From: Halorhodospira halophila SL1
GTDB lineage: Bacteria; Pseudomonadota; Gammaproteobacteria; Nitrococcales; Halorhodospiraceae
Direction: 5' to 3'
Length of the DNA: 32,000 bases
Assembly: GCF_000015585.1 (NCBI RefSeq)
Contig: NC_008789.1
Location: forward strand, 1,080,001-1,112,000
In this document: one piece after another, positions 8,580 to 16,845 of the stretch
Position numbering within the stretch: position 1 is the first letter of the stretch
Layout: each line of letters opens with the position of its first letter
Translations under genes and position numbers: made by a program
The notes under the pieces: model-generated
Seen by the model: only the letters and a program-made list of their open reading frames with translations
What the model was told of the DNA's origin: nothing
Database searches by the model: none

Positions 8580-10010
8580 CTACAGCGGCCAGCGGTGGAC
8601 CGGCTCGCCGTCGGCGGCCCGATCCAGGTAGGCCCGGGTCAGCGCCTGGTCGTCCTCACCGTGGCGCTCCACCCAGGCCAGCTGCCAGGCCGCGCCCGTC
8701 CGACCGCTGGCAACCCGCTCCTCCAGCACGCCCAGGTGCGCCGTGGCTTCCGCCTCCGCCACCCCGGCCCGTACCAGCCCGCGGCGGGCCTTGGGCAGCA
8801 GGCGTTCGGTAACGAGATCGCCCAGCCGGCCGAACCAGCCATCCAGCCACTCGACCTCGGCCTCCAGACCGTAACGGGCCGCGGCGTAGAAGTTCTGCTC
8901 GGCGATGTGGAAAGGCAGTTCCTCGACCAGCCCCGGGCGCGACTCAGCCAGCTCGGCCACGGCGCCATAGAAGAAGGCGGCGTTGGCCAGCACGTCGGCC
9001 AGGGTCGGACCGGCCGCCATCACCCGGTGCTCCAGACGCAGCTGGCACTGCCCGTCGACCACCTCCACCAGCGGCCGGTTCCAGCGCCAGATGGTCCCAT
9101 TGTGCAGGCGCAGATGGGCCAGCGCCTCCACCGGTTGATCCTGCAACTCGGGCAACAAGACCGGGTGGTGCTGCCGATTCTCGACGAAGAAGCCGTACAG
9201 GGCGTCGCGGGCGTAGCCGCTGCCGAAGCCCACCCGCGCCAGGGTCCCGGCCCCACGCGGCTCCAGGCGGGTGCACGCCACCGCCTGTTCGAACAGCGGG
9301 ATACGGCTCTCGTGCCACAGGCGGCGACCGAACAGGAACGGCGAATTGGCCGCCACCGCCACCGAAGCGGCCGACAACGCCACCGCGGCGTTGAAGAATG
9401 CCGCCATGCGCTGCGGCGGCACCTGCAGGTGCAGCTGTAGGGAGGTGGTGGCCGCCTCGAGCATGACGTCGTGGCGCTCGGTGCGAAAGCGCTGCGTCCC
9501 CTCGATGTCGAGGGTCAGCGGGCGACGCCCGCGCAGCGCCAGGACCTGTTCGTTCAACGCCGCGTAGCGGGGCGAGGGCGTCATGTTCTCGACGCAGACA
9601 TCCGCCTCGCGCACCGAAGGGAGGATGCCGACCAGTGCCAACCGACACCCGGCGTCGGCCGCGGCCCGTTGCGTCCGCGCCCAGCGCTCGGCGAGCTCCG
9701 TCTGCAGCCCCTGCAGGGGCGTTCCGGCCAGCGGGTGAACGTCGGTGTTGATCTCCAGGTTAAACCGGGCCAGCTCGTTCTCAACCCGAGGGTCTTCGAC
9801 CCGGCTCAACACCCGATCACTGATCGGGGCCGGACGGCCGTCGGCGTCCACCAACCACGCCTCCAGCTCCAGGCCGATGCTCGGCGGGCCCTCGGCCACC
9901 CGACCGGCTCGCAACCACTCGCCCAGCAATCGGGTCTCCGCCCGGAGCCGCTGACGAAAGGCGCTGAAGTCATCGCTCCCGAACCGTGCCCGACCGATCT
10001 CCTGTCCCAC
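8580..10010 (-). CDS. GCS2-family carboxylate-amine ligase (glutamate-cysteine-ligase family 2 / YbdK-like); substrate unknown
   Basis: Blocks IGLELEAWLVDADG, ELARFNLEINTD and TTSLQLHLQV, and the ~476-aa size, resemble GCS2 amidoligases from memory of the family. I take the start at GTG 10010, 15 nt after the murU stop and preceded by a GGGGGGG run. The 162-aa Arg-rich extension in the ORF track (to 10496) overlaps murU and is rejected. Confidence 0.62.
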   Translation of the reverse strand: MGQEIGRARFGSDDFSAFRQRLRAETRLLGEWLRAGRVAEGPPSIGLELEAWLVDADGRPAPISDRVLSRVEDPRVENELARFNLEINTDVHPLAGTPLQGLQTELAERWARTQRAAADAGCRLALVGILPSVREADVCVENMTPSPRYAALNEQVLALRGRRPLTLDIEGTQRFRTERHDVMLEAATTSLQLHLQVPPQRMAAFFNAAVALSAASVAVAANSPFLFGRRLWHESRIPLFEQAVACTRLEPRGAGTLARVGFGSGYARDALYGFFVENRQHHPVLLPELQDQPVEALAHLRLHNGTIWRWNRPLVEVVDGQCQLRLEHRVMAAGPTLADVLANAAFFYGAVAELAESRPGLVEELPFHIAEQNFYAAARYGLEAEVEWLDGWFGRLGDLVTERLLPKARRGLVRAGVAEAEATAHLGVLEERVASGRTGAAWQLAWVERHGEDDQALTRAYLDRAADGEPVHRWPL

Positions 10011-10024
10011 GTCGCCCCCCCGCG

Positions 10025-10711
10025 TTACTCCGGCACCGGTGCGGCGCCGGTGGCCACCTCGCGGCGCAGTTGCTCGAGCCGCTCCGGGGTCCCGATATCG
10101 GACCAGGCCCCCGCCCAGTGCTCGCCGGAGAGTTCGCCGCGCCGTGCCGCGTCGCGCAGCAGCGGCGCCAGCGGGAAGCGCCCGCGCCGGCAGTCCCACC
10201 AAAGGCGAGGGTGGAAGGCGCCGATCCCGGCAAAGGTCAGCCGCCGCCCGCCCCCGGTGCCCACGCGCCCTTCGTCGTCGAGGGCGAAGTCGCCGTCGGG
10301 GTGATGGGCCGGGTTGTCCACCAGCACCAGGTGCGCGGCCGCGCTGAGCGTGCGCGGCAGCTGCCCCAGTGGATAGTCGCTCCAAACGTCGCCATTGACC
10401 ACCCAGAAGAGGCCGTCGCCCAGCAACGGCAGCGCCTCGCGGATCCCGCCCCCGGTATCTAGGGCACCTTCCGGCTCGCGGCTGTAGTGCACACACACCC
10501 CCCAGGCCCGGCCGTCCCCGACGACAGCCTCGATCTGCTCGCCCAGCCAGGCGGTGTTGATCACCACGGTCTCGGCCCCGGCAGCCGCGAGGCGCTGCAG
10601 CTGCCAGCCGATCAGCGGCTGCCCCGCCACCTCCAGCAGCGGTTTCGGAGTGGTGTCGGTCAACGGTCGCATCCGCTCGCCGCGCCCGGCGGCCAGGATC
10701 ATGGCACGCAT
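10025..10711 (-). CDS. murU: N-acetylmuramate alpha-1-phosphate uridylyltransferase MurU (nucleotidyltransferase)
   Basis: The N-terminus MRAMILAAGRGERMRPLTDTTPKPLL is a sugar-1-P nucleotidyltransferase signature. The product is ~228 aa. The gene lies immediately downstream of the amgK-like kinase (1-nt gap) and divergent from lptD, as in Pseudomonas. Confidence 0.8.
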   Translation of the reverse strand: MRAMILAAGRGERMRPLTDTTPKPLLEVAGQPLIGWQLQRLAAAGAETVVINTAWLGEQIEAVVGDGRAWGVCVHYSREPEGALDTGGGIREALPLLGDGLFWVVNGDVWSDYPLGQLPRTLSAAAHLVLVDNPAHHPDGDFALDDEGRVGTGGGRRLTFAGIGAFHPRLWWDCRRGRFPLAPLLRDAARRGELSGEHWAGAWSDIGTPERLEQLRREVATGAAPVPE

Positions 10712-10712
10712 C

Positions 10713-11747
10713 TCAGTCCACCTCGGCGTACGACACGCGGCCCGGCACCGCCGCCAGGGCCAGCACCTCATCGACCAGCGGTCGCAGCGCCGCCTGCTCC
10801 TCGGCTGCGGCACGCAGATAGGCGAAGAACCGCGGCGCATCGGTCAAATAGCGCGGCTTACCGTCGCGGTAGGCCAACCGGGCGAAGATGCCGAGCACCT
10901 TGAGGTGGCGCTGCACGCCCATCCACTGGCAATCGGCCCAGAACGCCTCGAAGCCTTCGGGCACCGGCACGCCAGCGGCCCGTGCCCGGCGGTGGTAGCG
11001 CTGCAGGGTGGCGACCTCGCGCTCCCGCGGCCAACTGATGAAGGCGTCGCGCAGCAGCGAGACCGCATCGTAGGTCACCGGCCCAGCCACTGCGTCCTGG
11101 AAGTCCAGCACCCCCGGCAGCGGGGTGCATACCATCAGATTGCGGGGCATGTAATCGCGATGGCAGAAGGCCCGGGCCTGTCCGCCAACCCGCTCGAGCA
11201 GATCGTCCAACCCACCCCTGAGCCGCCGGCGGGCCTCCGCGGAAGCCACCCCGCAGCAGCACGGCAGATACCAGTCGGTGAACAGCTCCAACTCCCCGCG
11301 CAGCCGGGCCTCATCGTAGGCCGGCAGCCCGTCCACCGGCACCGTGGCCTGGGCGCGGATCAGGGCGTCGACGGCGGCGTCGAGCAGCGGTTGCGGGTCG
11401 TCCCCCTCGTGCAGTGCCTGCAGGTAGGTGCGGTGGCCCAGGTCGGTCAGCAGCAGCAGGCCGTGTTCCAGATCGGCGGCCTCGATCTGCGGGGCGTGGA
11501 TCCCCGCCTCGGCCAGCAGTCCGGCGATCCGGACGAAGGCCGCCACCGCCTCGGACTGCTCCGGGGCGTCCATGATGATCCGGCTGCCGTCGCCGGGCAC
11601 CTGGATCCGGAAGTAGCGGCGGCTGCTGGCGTCGGCCGCCGCCGGCTCCAGTGCCGGCTCCTGCGCCGCGCCGAGCTGCCGCCGCGCCCACTCACGCGCC
11701 CGCCGGGCGCGGGCATCATCCCAGGCCAGTCCGTTCATGCCCTCCAT
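10713..11747 (-). CDS. amgK: Anomeric MurNAc/GlcNAc kinase AmgK (aminoglycoside-phosphotransferase-fold kinase)
   Basis: APH-fold catalytic motifs HRDYMPRNLM and LDFQDA are present. The position, divergent from lptD and upstream of murU, is conserved. The start is ambiguous: ATG 11747 (MEGMNG..) or ATG 11738 (MNGLAWDD..). The ORF-track start 11864 would run into lptD. Confidence 0.78.
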   Translation of the reverse strand: MEGMNGLAWDDARARRAREWARRQLGAAQEPALEPAAADASSRRYFRIQVPGDGSRIIMDAPEQSEAVAAFVRIAGLLAEAGIHAPQIEAADLEHGLLLLTDLGHRTYLQALHEGDDPQPLLDAAVDALIRAQATVPVDGLPAYDEARLRGELELFTDWYLPCCCGVASAEARRRLRGGLDDLLERVGGQARAFCHRDYMPRNLMVCTPLPGVLDFQDAVAGPVTYDAVSLLRDAFISWPREREVATLQRYHRRARAAGVPVPEGFEAFWADCQWMGVQRHLKVLGIFARLAYRDGKPRYLTDAPRFFAYLRAAAEEQAALRPLVDEVLALAAVPGRVSYAEVD

Positions 11748-11845
11748 TGCGCGCCACGGCGCTGCGGATTGCAAGCCGTCGTGCGTTGCCAGGCGCCCCC
11801 CCGTGTGCCAAGGTAACGGCGCTCGCCGCCGGATCGCAACGAACC

Positions 11846-14230
11846 GTGAACCGCTCACTCCCACTCACCGCCGTCCTTGCGACAGGCCTGGCCGCTTCCG
11901 TGGTTGCTGCCGCCGATACGGACGACGGCGACGCGGCGCGCCTGGATACCGACCACGTGCCCCGGGACCCCGGCGCACTGCGGCAGATCCAGCTCTGTGG
12001 CCCCCCCCTGGCCCCCCCGCCGGACGCGGTGGACCGCACGCTGCGGGATCACCCGGACACCCCGCTGATCCTTGACGCCGAAGCCATCGACGCCGACGGC
12101 CTGCGGGCCCTCTACCGACTGCGGGGCAACGCCGAACTGCGTCGGCTCGATCAGCACCTGCGCGCCGAGGCCTTCGACCTGGACGAGGCGGCCGGCCAGG
12201 CCCACGTCCCCGGGGCGTTCGCCTACTCCGAGTCCGGCCTGCACCTGTGGGGCACGGCGGGGCGATTCGATCTCGACGCCGACCGCATGGAGGTCGACGG
12301 CGCCGAGTTCCGGATCCATCCGCACATGCACGGCGCCGCCCGGCAGCTGATGAGCACCGGGCCGGAGCAAACGCGGCTGACCGATCTGCGCTACTCCACC
12401 TGCCCGCCCGGCGACGAGCTGTGGTGGCTGCACGCCGGGTCACTGGACCTGGATCACGACGCCGGACTGGGCGAAGCCCGACACGCCCGGGTGGAGCTCG
12501 GCGGGATCCCCTGGTTCTACACCCCGTACCTGCAGTTCCCCATCGACGACCGGCCGCGCACCGGGGTGCTGCCGCCGAGCTTCGGGCAGTCCGACACCGA
12601 CGGCGGCTACTTCACCCTGCCGATCTACGTCCGCCTGGCGCCGAACTACGACCTGACCCTGCAGCCGACCTACTACTCCCGGCGCGGGGTGCTGCTCGGC
12701 AGCGAATTCCGCTACCTGCGCCCGGGATTCGACGGGGAGCTGTCGGCGGAGTACCTCCCCGACGACGACGTCTACGCCGAGCAGCTGCGCGAAGACGGTG
12801 AGGAGGTCGACGCCGAGCGCTGGGCCGTGGACTGGTCCCACCGCGGGGACCTCCCCTACGGCATCGGCTACGAGCTGGATGTGGAACGGGTCGGGGACGT
12901 GGACTACCTACGGGACTTCTCCTCGGACCTGGTGGGCAGCAGCGACGCCGAGCTCGAGAGCCGCGCCCTTGCCGAGCAGTCCCGCGGCAGTCACCAGTGG
13001 GAGGCGGAACTGCAGCACTGGCAGAACCTGCGCCCGGAGGACCGCGACGACCCCTACCGACGCTGGCCGGCGGTGACCTACGAGCACACCCCCGGTCTGC
13101 TGCCCGGCGGCCTGGAATACCGCCTGGACGGCGAAGCGGTACGCTTCGAACTCCCCGAGGGACCCGAGGCAGACAATGACCAACAGCGCCCGGTGGGGCG
13201 GCGCTACCACATCAACCCGCAGCTCTCCTGGCCCCTGCAGCGCCAGGCGTTCTTCATCGAGCCAGGCCTGAGCCTCCACCACACCCGTTACGACCTGGAG
13301 CGGGCCGAGGGCGCCGCCGGCGACGAGCAGCTCAGCCGCACCGTGCCTATTGCCAGCCTCGACGCCGGCATTTTCCTCGAACGACCGTTCCAGGTTGGCA
13401 ACCGCCCCTTCCTGCAGACGCTGGAACCGCGGTTGTTCTACCTCTACGCCCCCTACCGCGATCAGCAGGACTACCCGGATTTCGATACCAGCGAACGGGG
13501 CAACACGGTGGCGCAGCTGTTCCAGGAGAACCGCTTCGCCGGCGTCGACCGCATCGCCGACGCCGATCAGGTCACCGCGGCGGTCACCACCCGCTTCCTC
13601 GACATCGTCGAGGGCAGCGAGCTGCTGCGCGCCAGCGTCGGCCAGGTCTACTACCGGGGCGACCGCCGTGTGACCCTGGATACCGACCCCGATGACCCGG
13701 CTCTGACGCGCAGCAGCTCGGACATCTTCGCCGACGCCGAGCTGCGACTGCCGGGGGGGCTATCGGTCCGTGGTGAGTACCGCTACGACCCGGAACGCGA
13801 AGAAGCCGCGGCCACCAGCCTCGCCGCCGACTGGCAGTACCAGCCGGCCCCCGGCGCCCTGGTCAATCTCGGTTACCGGGTCCGCCAGGAGACCGAGGAG
13901 GACGAGGACGACGAGCTGGTCCTGGAGACCACCCAGGATCTCATCGAGGCCTCGGCGGTGGTGCCCATCGACGCCCGCTGGCGCGGTGTCGGCGGGTGGC
14001 AGTACTCACGGCTGGAACGCACCAACCTGGAAGTGGTCGGAGGGGTTGAGTATCGCCAGTGCTGCTGGGCCGTGCGCGGGGTCGCGCGACGCTACCGCCG
14101 CGGCTCAGCCCAGGAGGCGGAAAACACCTTCATGCTCGAATTCGAGCTCACCGGTCTGGGCCGACTGGGCCAGGACACGGCATCCTTCCTCGAGGACGTG
14201 GTGCCCGACTACGACGAAACGGTATTCTAG
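11846..14230 (+). CDS. lptD: LPS-assembly outer-membrane protein LptD (OstA/Imp)
   Basis: ~794 aa. GTG 11846 gives the signal-like VNRSLPLTAVLATGLAASVVAAA. An N-terminal OstA-like beta-jellyroll segment (LRGNAELRRLDQHLRAEAFDLDE..) is followed by a long beta-barrel region ending near ..MLEFELTGLG... It precedes surA-pdxA as in most gammaproteobacteria. The exact start is uncertain. Confidence 0.87.
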   Translation: MNRSLPLTAVLATGLAASVVAAADTDDGDAARLDTDHVPRDPGALRQIQLCGPPLAPPPDAVDRTLRDHPDTPLILDAEAIDADGLRALYRLRGNAELRRLDQHLRAEAFDLDEAAGQAHVPGAFAYSESGLHLWGTAGRFDLDADRMEVDGAEFRIHPHMHGAARQLMSTGPEQTRLTDLRYSTCPPGDELWWLHAGSLDLDHDAGLGEARHARVELGGIPWFYTPYLQFPIDDRPRTGVLPPSFGQSDTDGGYFTLPIYVRLAPNYDLTLQPTYYSRRGVLLGSEFRYLRPGFDGELSAEYLPDDDVYAEQLREDGEEVDAERWAVDWSHRGDLPYGIGYELDVERVGDVDYLRDFSSDLVGSSDAELESRALAEQSRGSHQWEAELQHWQNLRPEDRDDPYRRWPAVTYEHTPGLLPGGLEYRLDGEAVRFELPEGPEADNDQQRPVGRRYHINPQLSWPLQRQAFFIEPGLSLHHTRYDLERAEGAAGDEQLSRTVPIASLDAGIFLERPFQVGNRPFLQTLEPRLFYLYAPYRDQQDYPDFDTSERGNTVAQLFQENRFAGVDRIADADQVTAAVTTRFLDIVEGSELLRASVGQVYYRGDRRVTLDTDPDDPALTRSSSDIFADAELRLPGGLSVRGEYRYDPEREEAAATSLAADWQYQPAPGALVNLGYRVRQETEEDEDDELVLETTQDLIEASAVVPIDARWRGVGGWQYSRLERTNLEVVGGVEYRQCCWAVRGVARRYRRGSAQEAENTFMLEFELTGLGRLGQDTASFLEDVVPDYDETVF

Positions 14231-14235
14231 ACCCC

Positions 14236-15519
14236 ATGAAGATTCGAGCCTTTCTCTGCGCCGCAACCCTGCTCGCCGGGCTGCCGACCCTGGCCGCCAG
14301 CGAGACCCTGGACCGCATCGTGGCCGTGGCCGACCAAGAGGTCGTCCTCGCCTCGGAGCTGGATCAGGAGATCGAGCAGATCCGTGCCCAGTTCTTCCAA
14401 CGCGGTCAGCAGCCGCCGCCGGCCGACCAGCTGCGCGAGCAGGTCCTCGAGCGCCTGGTCATGCAGCGCCTGCAGATGGGGCACGCGCAGGGAGCCGGTA
14501 TCCAGGTGGACGACGCCACCCTGGATGCCGCCATGCAGCGCATCGCGGCGCAGAACAACATGACCCTGGCCCAGCTCCGTGACGCCCTCGCCCAGGAGGG
14601 CATGGATATGGCCAGCTTCCGCGAGGATCTGCGTGAGCAGATCACCGTCGAGCGGCTTCAACAGGCCGTGGTGCAGCAGGAGGTCGAGGTCTCGCCCCAG
14701 GAGATCGAAGAGGCCGTCGAGGCAGCGGCCGCCCAGGACAACATGGAATACCGGGTGGCGCATATCCGCATCGGCACGCCGGAGGGGGCCTCCTCGGACG
14801 ACCTGCGTGCCGCCGGGGAGCGCGCCGGGCAGATCCGCGAGCAGGCGGTGGACGGCGAGAGCGACTTCGCCACCCTTGCCGAAACCTTCTCGGACGCCGC
14901 CACGGCCAGCGAGGGCGGGAAGATCGGCTGGCGCCTGCCCGGGCAGCTACCTTCCGCCTTCGCCGACGTGGTCGACGGCCTGGAGCCGGGTGAGATCAGC
15001 GAGCCCGTTCAGGCCGCCGACGGGTTCCACATCGTCAAGCTCATCGACCGGCGCAGCGAGGACGCCCAGATCGTGGAGGAGACCCGCGCCCGTCACATCC
15101 TCCTGCGCCCCGGCGACGGGGTCGAGGAGGACGACGTCCGGCAGCGCCTGGACAGCTTCCGCGAGCGCATCGACGAAGGCGAGAGCTTCGAGTTCCTGGC
15201 CCGGCAATACTCCGAGGAGCCGGGGGCCGAGGCCAGCGGCGGGGATATCGGCTGGACCCGTAGCGGTCAGCTGGTGGCCTCCTTCCAGGAGCGCATGGAT
15301 GAGCTGGAGGTGGGCGAGGTCAGCGAGCCGTTTCGCACCGAGTACGGCTGGCATATCGTCCGCGTCGAGGATCGTCGGGAGCGGGACGTCACCGACGACC
15401 GCCGCCGCGAGCGCATTGCCCAGCAGATCCACGAGCGCAAGAGCCAGGAGGCCCTGGAGCAGTGGCTGCGCCAACTGCGCGAAGAGGCCTACGTCGACTA
15501 CCGGCTGGAGGGCTCGTGA
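14236..15519 (+). CDS. surA: Periplasmic chaperone / peptidyl-prolyl isomerase SurA
   Basis: Signal peptide MKIRAFLCAATLLAGLPTLAA. An N-terminal chaperone domain is followed by two parvulin domains (ARHILLRP..., FHIVKLIDRR, YGWHIVRVEDRR). Confidence 0.9.
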   Translation: MKIRAFLCAATLLAGLPTLAASETLDRIVAVADQEVVLASELDQEIEQIRAQFFQRGQQPPPADQLREQVLERLVMQRLQMGHAQGAGIQVDDATLDAAMQRIAAQNNMTLAQLRDALAQEGMDMASFREDLREQITVERLQQAVVQQEVEVSPQEIEEAVEAAAAQDNMEYRVAHIRIGTPEGASSDDLRAAGERAGQIREQAVDGESDFATLAETFSDAATASEGGKIGWRLPGQLPSAFADVVDGLEPGEISEPVQAADGFHIVKLIDRRSEDAQIVEETRARHILLRPGDGVEEDDVRQRLDSFRERIDEGESFEFLARQYSEEPGAEASGGDIGWTRSGQLVASFQERMDELEVGEVSEPFRTEYGWHIVRVEDRRERDVTDDRRRERIAQQIHERKSQEALEQWLRQLREEAYVDYRLEGS

Positions 15520-16523
15520 GCGAACAGCGGCCGAGGATCGCGATCACCTGCGGCGAACCCGCCGGTATCGGCTACGAGCTGGTGGCCGCCGCGGCGATGC
15601 GCAGCCACGCCGCGGAACTCGTCGCCATCGGCGACCCGGCGCTGCTGCGCGAGCGCAGCCGCGTCCTCGACGGCCCCGAACTGGACACCCCGGCCTGGAC
15701 ACCGGATGCCCCGCGTCAGGCGCATCGGGTCGGCCGCCTGCCCGTCGATCCGGTGCCGATGGCGCACCCGGCGCAGCCCGGGACCCTGGATCCGGCCAAC
15801 GCCGAGGCCGTGGTGACCAGCCTCAAGCGGGCCGTCCGGCTGGCCGCCGAGGGCCAGGTGGACGCCATCGTCACGGCGCCGGTGCACAAGGGGGTCATCA
15901 ACGACGCGGGCCTCCCCTTTTCGGGGCACACCGAGCTGCTCGCCGAGATGACCGCCACCGAGACGCCGGTGATGATGCTGGTTGCCGGCGACCTGCGGGT
16001 GGCGCTGGCCACGACGCACCTGCCGCTGCGGGCGGTGCCGGAGGCCATCACCCCGGAGCGGCTGGAGGCGGTGATCACGGCGCTGCACCACGACCTGGTG
16101 GACAAGTTCGCCATCGCCGCGCCACGGATCCTGGTCACCGGGCTCAATCCCCATGCCGGCGAAGGGGGGCATCTGGGCCGCGAGGAGATCGACGTCATCG
16201 AGCCGACCCTGGAGCGCCTGCGCGCGGCGGGCCTGGGGCTGGTCGGCCCGCTACCGGCAGACACCGCCTTCACCCCGCGCGCCCTGGAGGGGGCCGACGC
16301 GGTGCTGGCGATGTACCACGATCAGGGGCTGCCGGTGCTCAAGCACGCCGGCTTCGGGCGGGCGGTGAACGTGACCCTGGGGCTGCCCATCGTGCGCACC
16401 TCGGTGGACCACGGGACGGCGCTGGAGCTGGCCGGCACGGGGCGGGCCGACGGCGGCAGCCTGCAGGCGGCGATCGAGCTGGCGGCGGACCTGGCGCTGC
16501 GCCGTCAGCACCGGCCGGGCTGA
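15516..16523 (+). CDS. pdxA: 4-hydroxythreonine-4-phosphate dehydrogenase PdxA
   Basis: GTG 15516 overlaps the surA stop (GTGA). Motifs ITCGEPAGIG, GHTELL and GLNPHAGEGG are characteristic of PdxA. Confidence 0.92.
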   Translation: MSEQRPRIAITCGEPAGIGYELVAAAAMRSHAAELVAIGDPALLRERSRVLDGPELDTPAWTPDAPRQAHRVGRLPVDPVPMAHPAQPGTLDPANAEAVVTSLKRAVRLAAEGQVDAIVTAPVHKGVINDAGLPFSGHTELLAEMTATETPVMMLVAGDLRVALATTHLPLRAVPEAITPERLEAVITALHHDLVDKFAIAAPRILVTGLNPHAGEGGHLGREEIDVIEPTLERLRAAGLGLVGPLPADTAFTPRALEGADAVLAMYHDQGLPVLKHAGFGRAVNVTLGLPIVRTSVDHGTALELAGTGRADGGSLQAAIELAADLALRRQHRPG

Positions 16524-16546
16524 CCCCCCGCCGCGGCGGGCGGGGC

Positions 16547-16842
16547 AAGAGGGGGGCACACGGCCCGGATCCGACGGGGATGGGGACGCCGGGGGTTGGC
16601 CGGGGGCATTGAGCGCGCCGAGCATCGCAGGGCGGGCAGGGGTTCAGCGCGAACCTTTCCCGGTTCGCGCTGATCAGCGAGGTTTTGTCCGAGCGGCGCG
16701 TAGCGCCGCGAGTTAAGCGAGCGGCCCTGCCCGCACGAGAAGCGCAGGGGACCGCGCCGTAGGCGGGGCGCGCTCGTCCGCCCCCGGCCAACCCCCGGCG
16801 TCCCCATCCCCGTCGAGCAGGCGGGCCTGTCCGTGCCCTTCC
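16547..16842. repeat. Long imperfect palindrome (~300 bp) with perfect 36-bp terminal inverted repeats; MITE/REP-like element, structured RNA or large bidirectional terminator
   Basis: 16572-16607 (cgacggggatggggacgccgggggttggccgggggc) is the exact reverse complement of 16780-16815. Degenerate symmetry continues outward (aagaggggggcacacggccc vs gggcctgtccgtgcccttcctt) and inward (gagcgcgcc/ggcgcgctc; gcgggcaggg 16632-41 / ccctgcccgc 16725-34). Internal local hairpins lie at 16644-16655/16662-16673 (12 bp) and 16694-16699/16703-16708. The palindrome cgctgatcagcg lies at 16668-16679. Confidence 0.9.
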
Positions 16843-16845
16843 TTC

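Noticed and set aside
8130-9440. 436-aa + strand ORF opposite the M14-like and GCS2 genes
   Set aside because: It is an antisense shadow ORF spanning an intergenic junction of the real genes. Its composition is biased (R/P/G/Q/L) and it has no motifs or RBS.
10011-10496. 162-aa N-terminal extension of the GCS2 ORF (ORF track 8580..10496)
   Set aside because: It would overlap the well-supported murU gene by ~470 nt in another frame. The sequence is Arg/Gly/Ala-rich junk. A GTG with a G-rich SD lies just after the murU stop.
10554-11816. 420-aa + strand ORF opposite murU and amgK
   Set aside because: It is antisense to genes with clear nucleotidyltransferase and APH-kinase motifs, which is the shadow-ORF pattern.
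14579-16612. 677-aa + strand ORF (alternative frame over surA and pdxA), together with the 446-aa minus ORF 16505..17845
   Set aside because: Both are out-of-frame with strongly supported genes and extremely Arg/Pro/Gly/Ala-rich. Their shared peptide GMGTPGVGRG simply reflects the 36-bp inverted repeat being read on both strands.
16547-16842. Possibility that the palindromic element is a tRNA, a CRISPR repeat or an IS with a transposase
   Set aside because: It has no cloverleaf or anticodon architecture, no repeat-spacer periodicity, and no ORF with transposase features. At ~300 bp it is too small for an autonomous IS.
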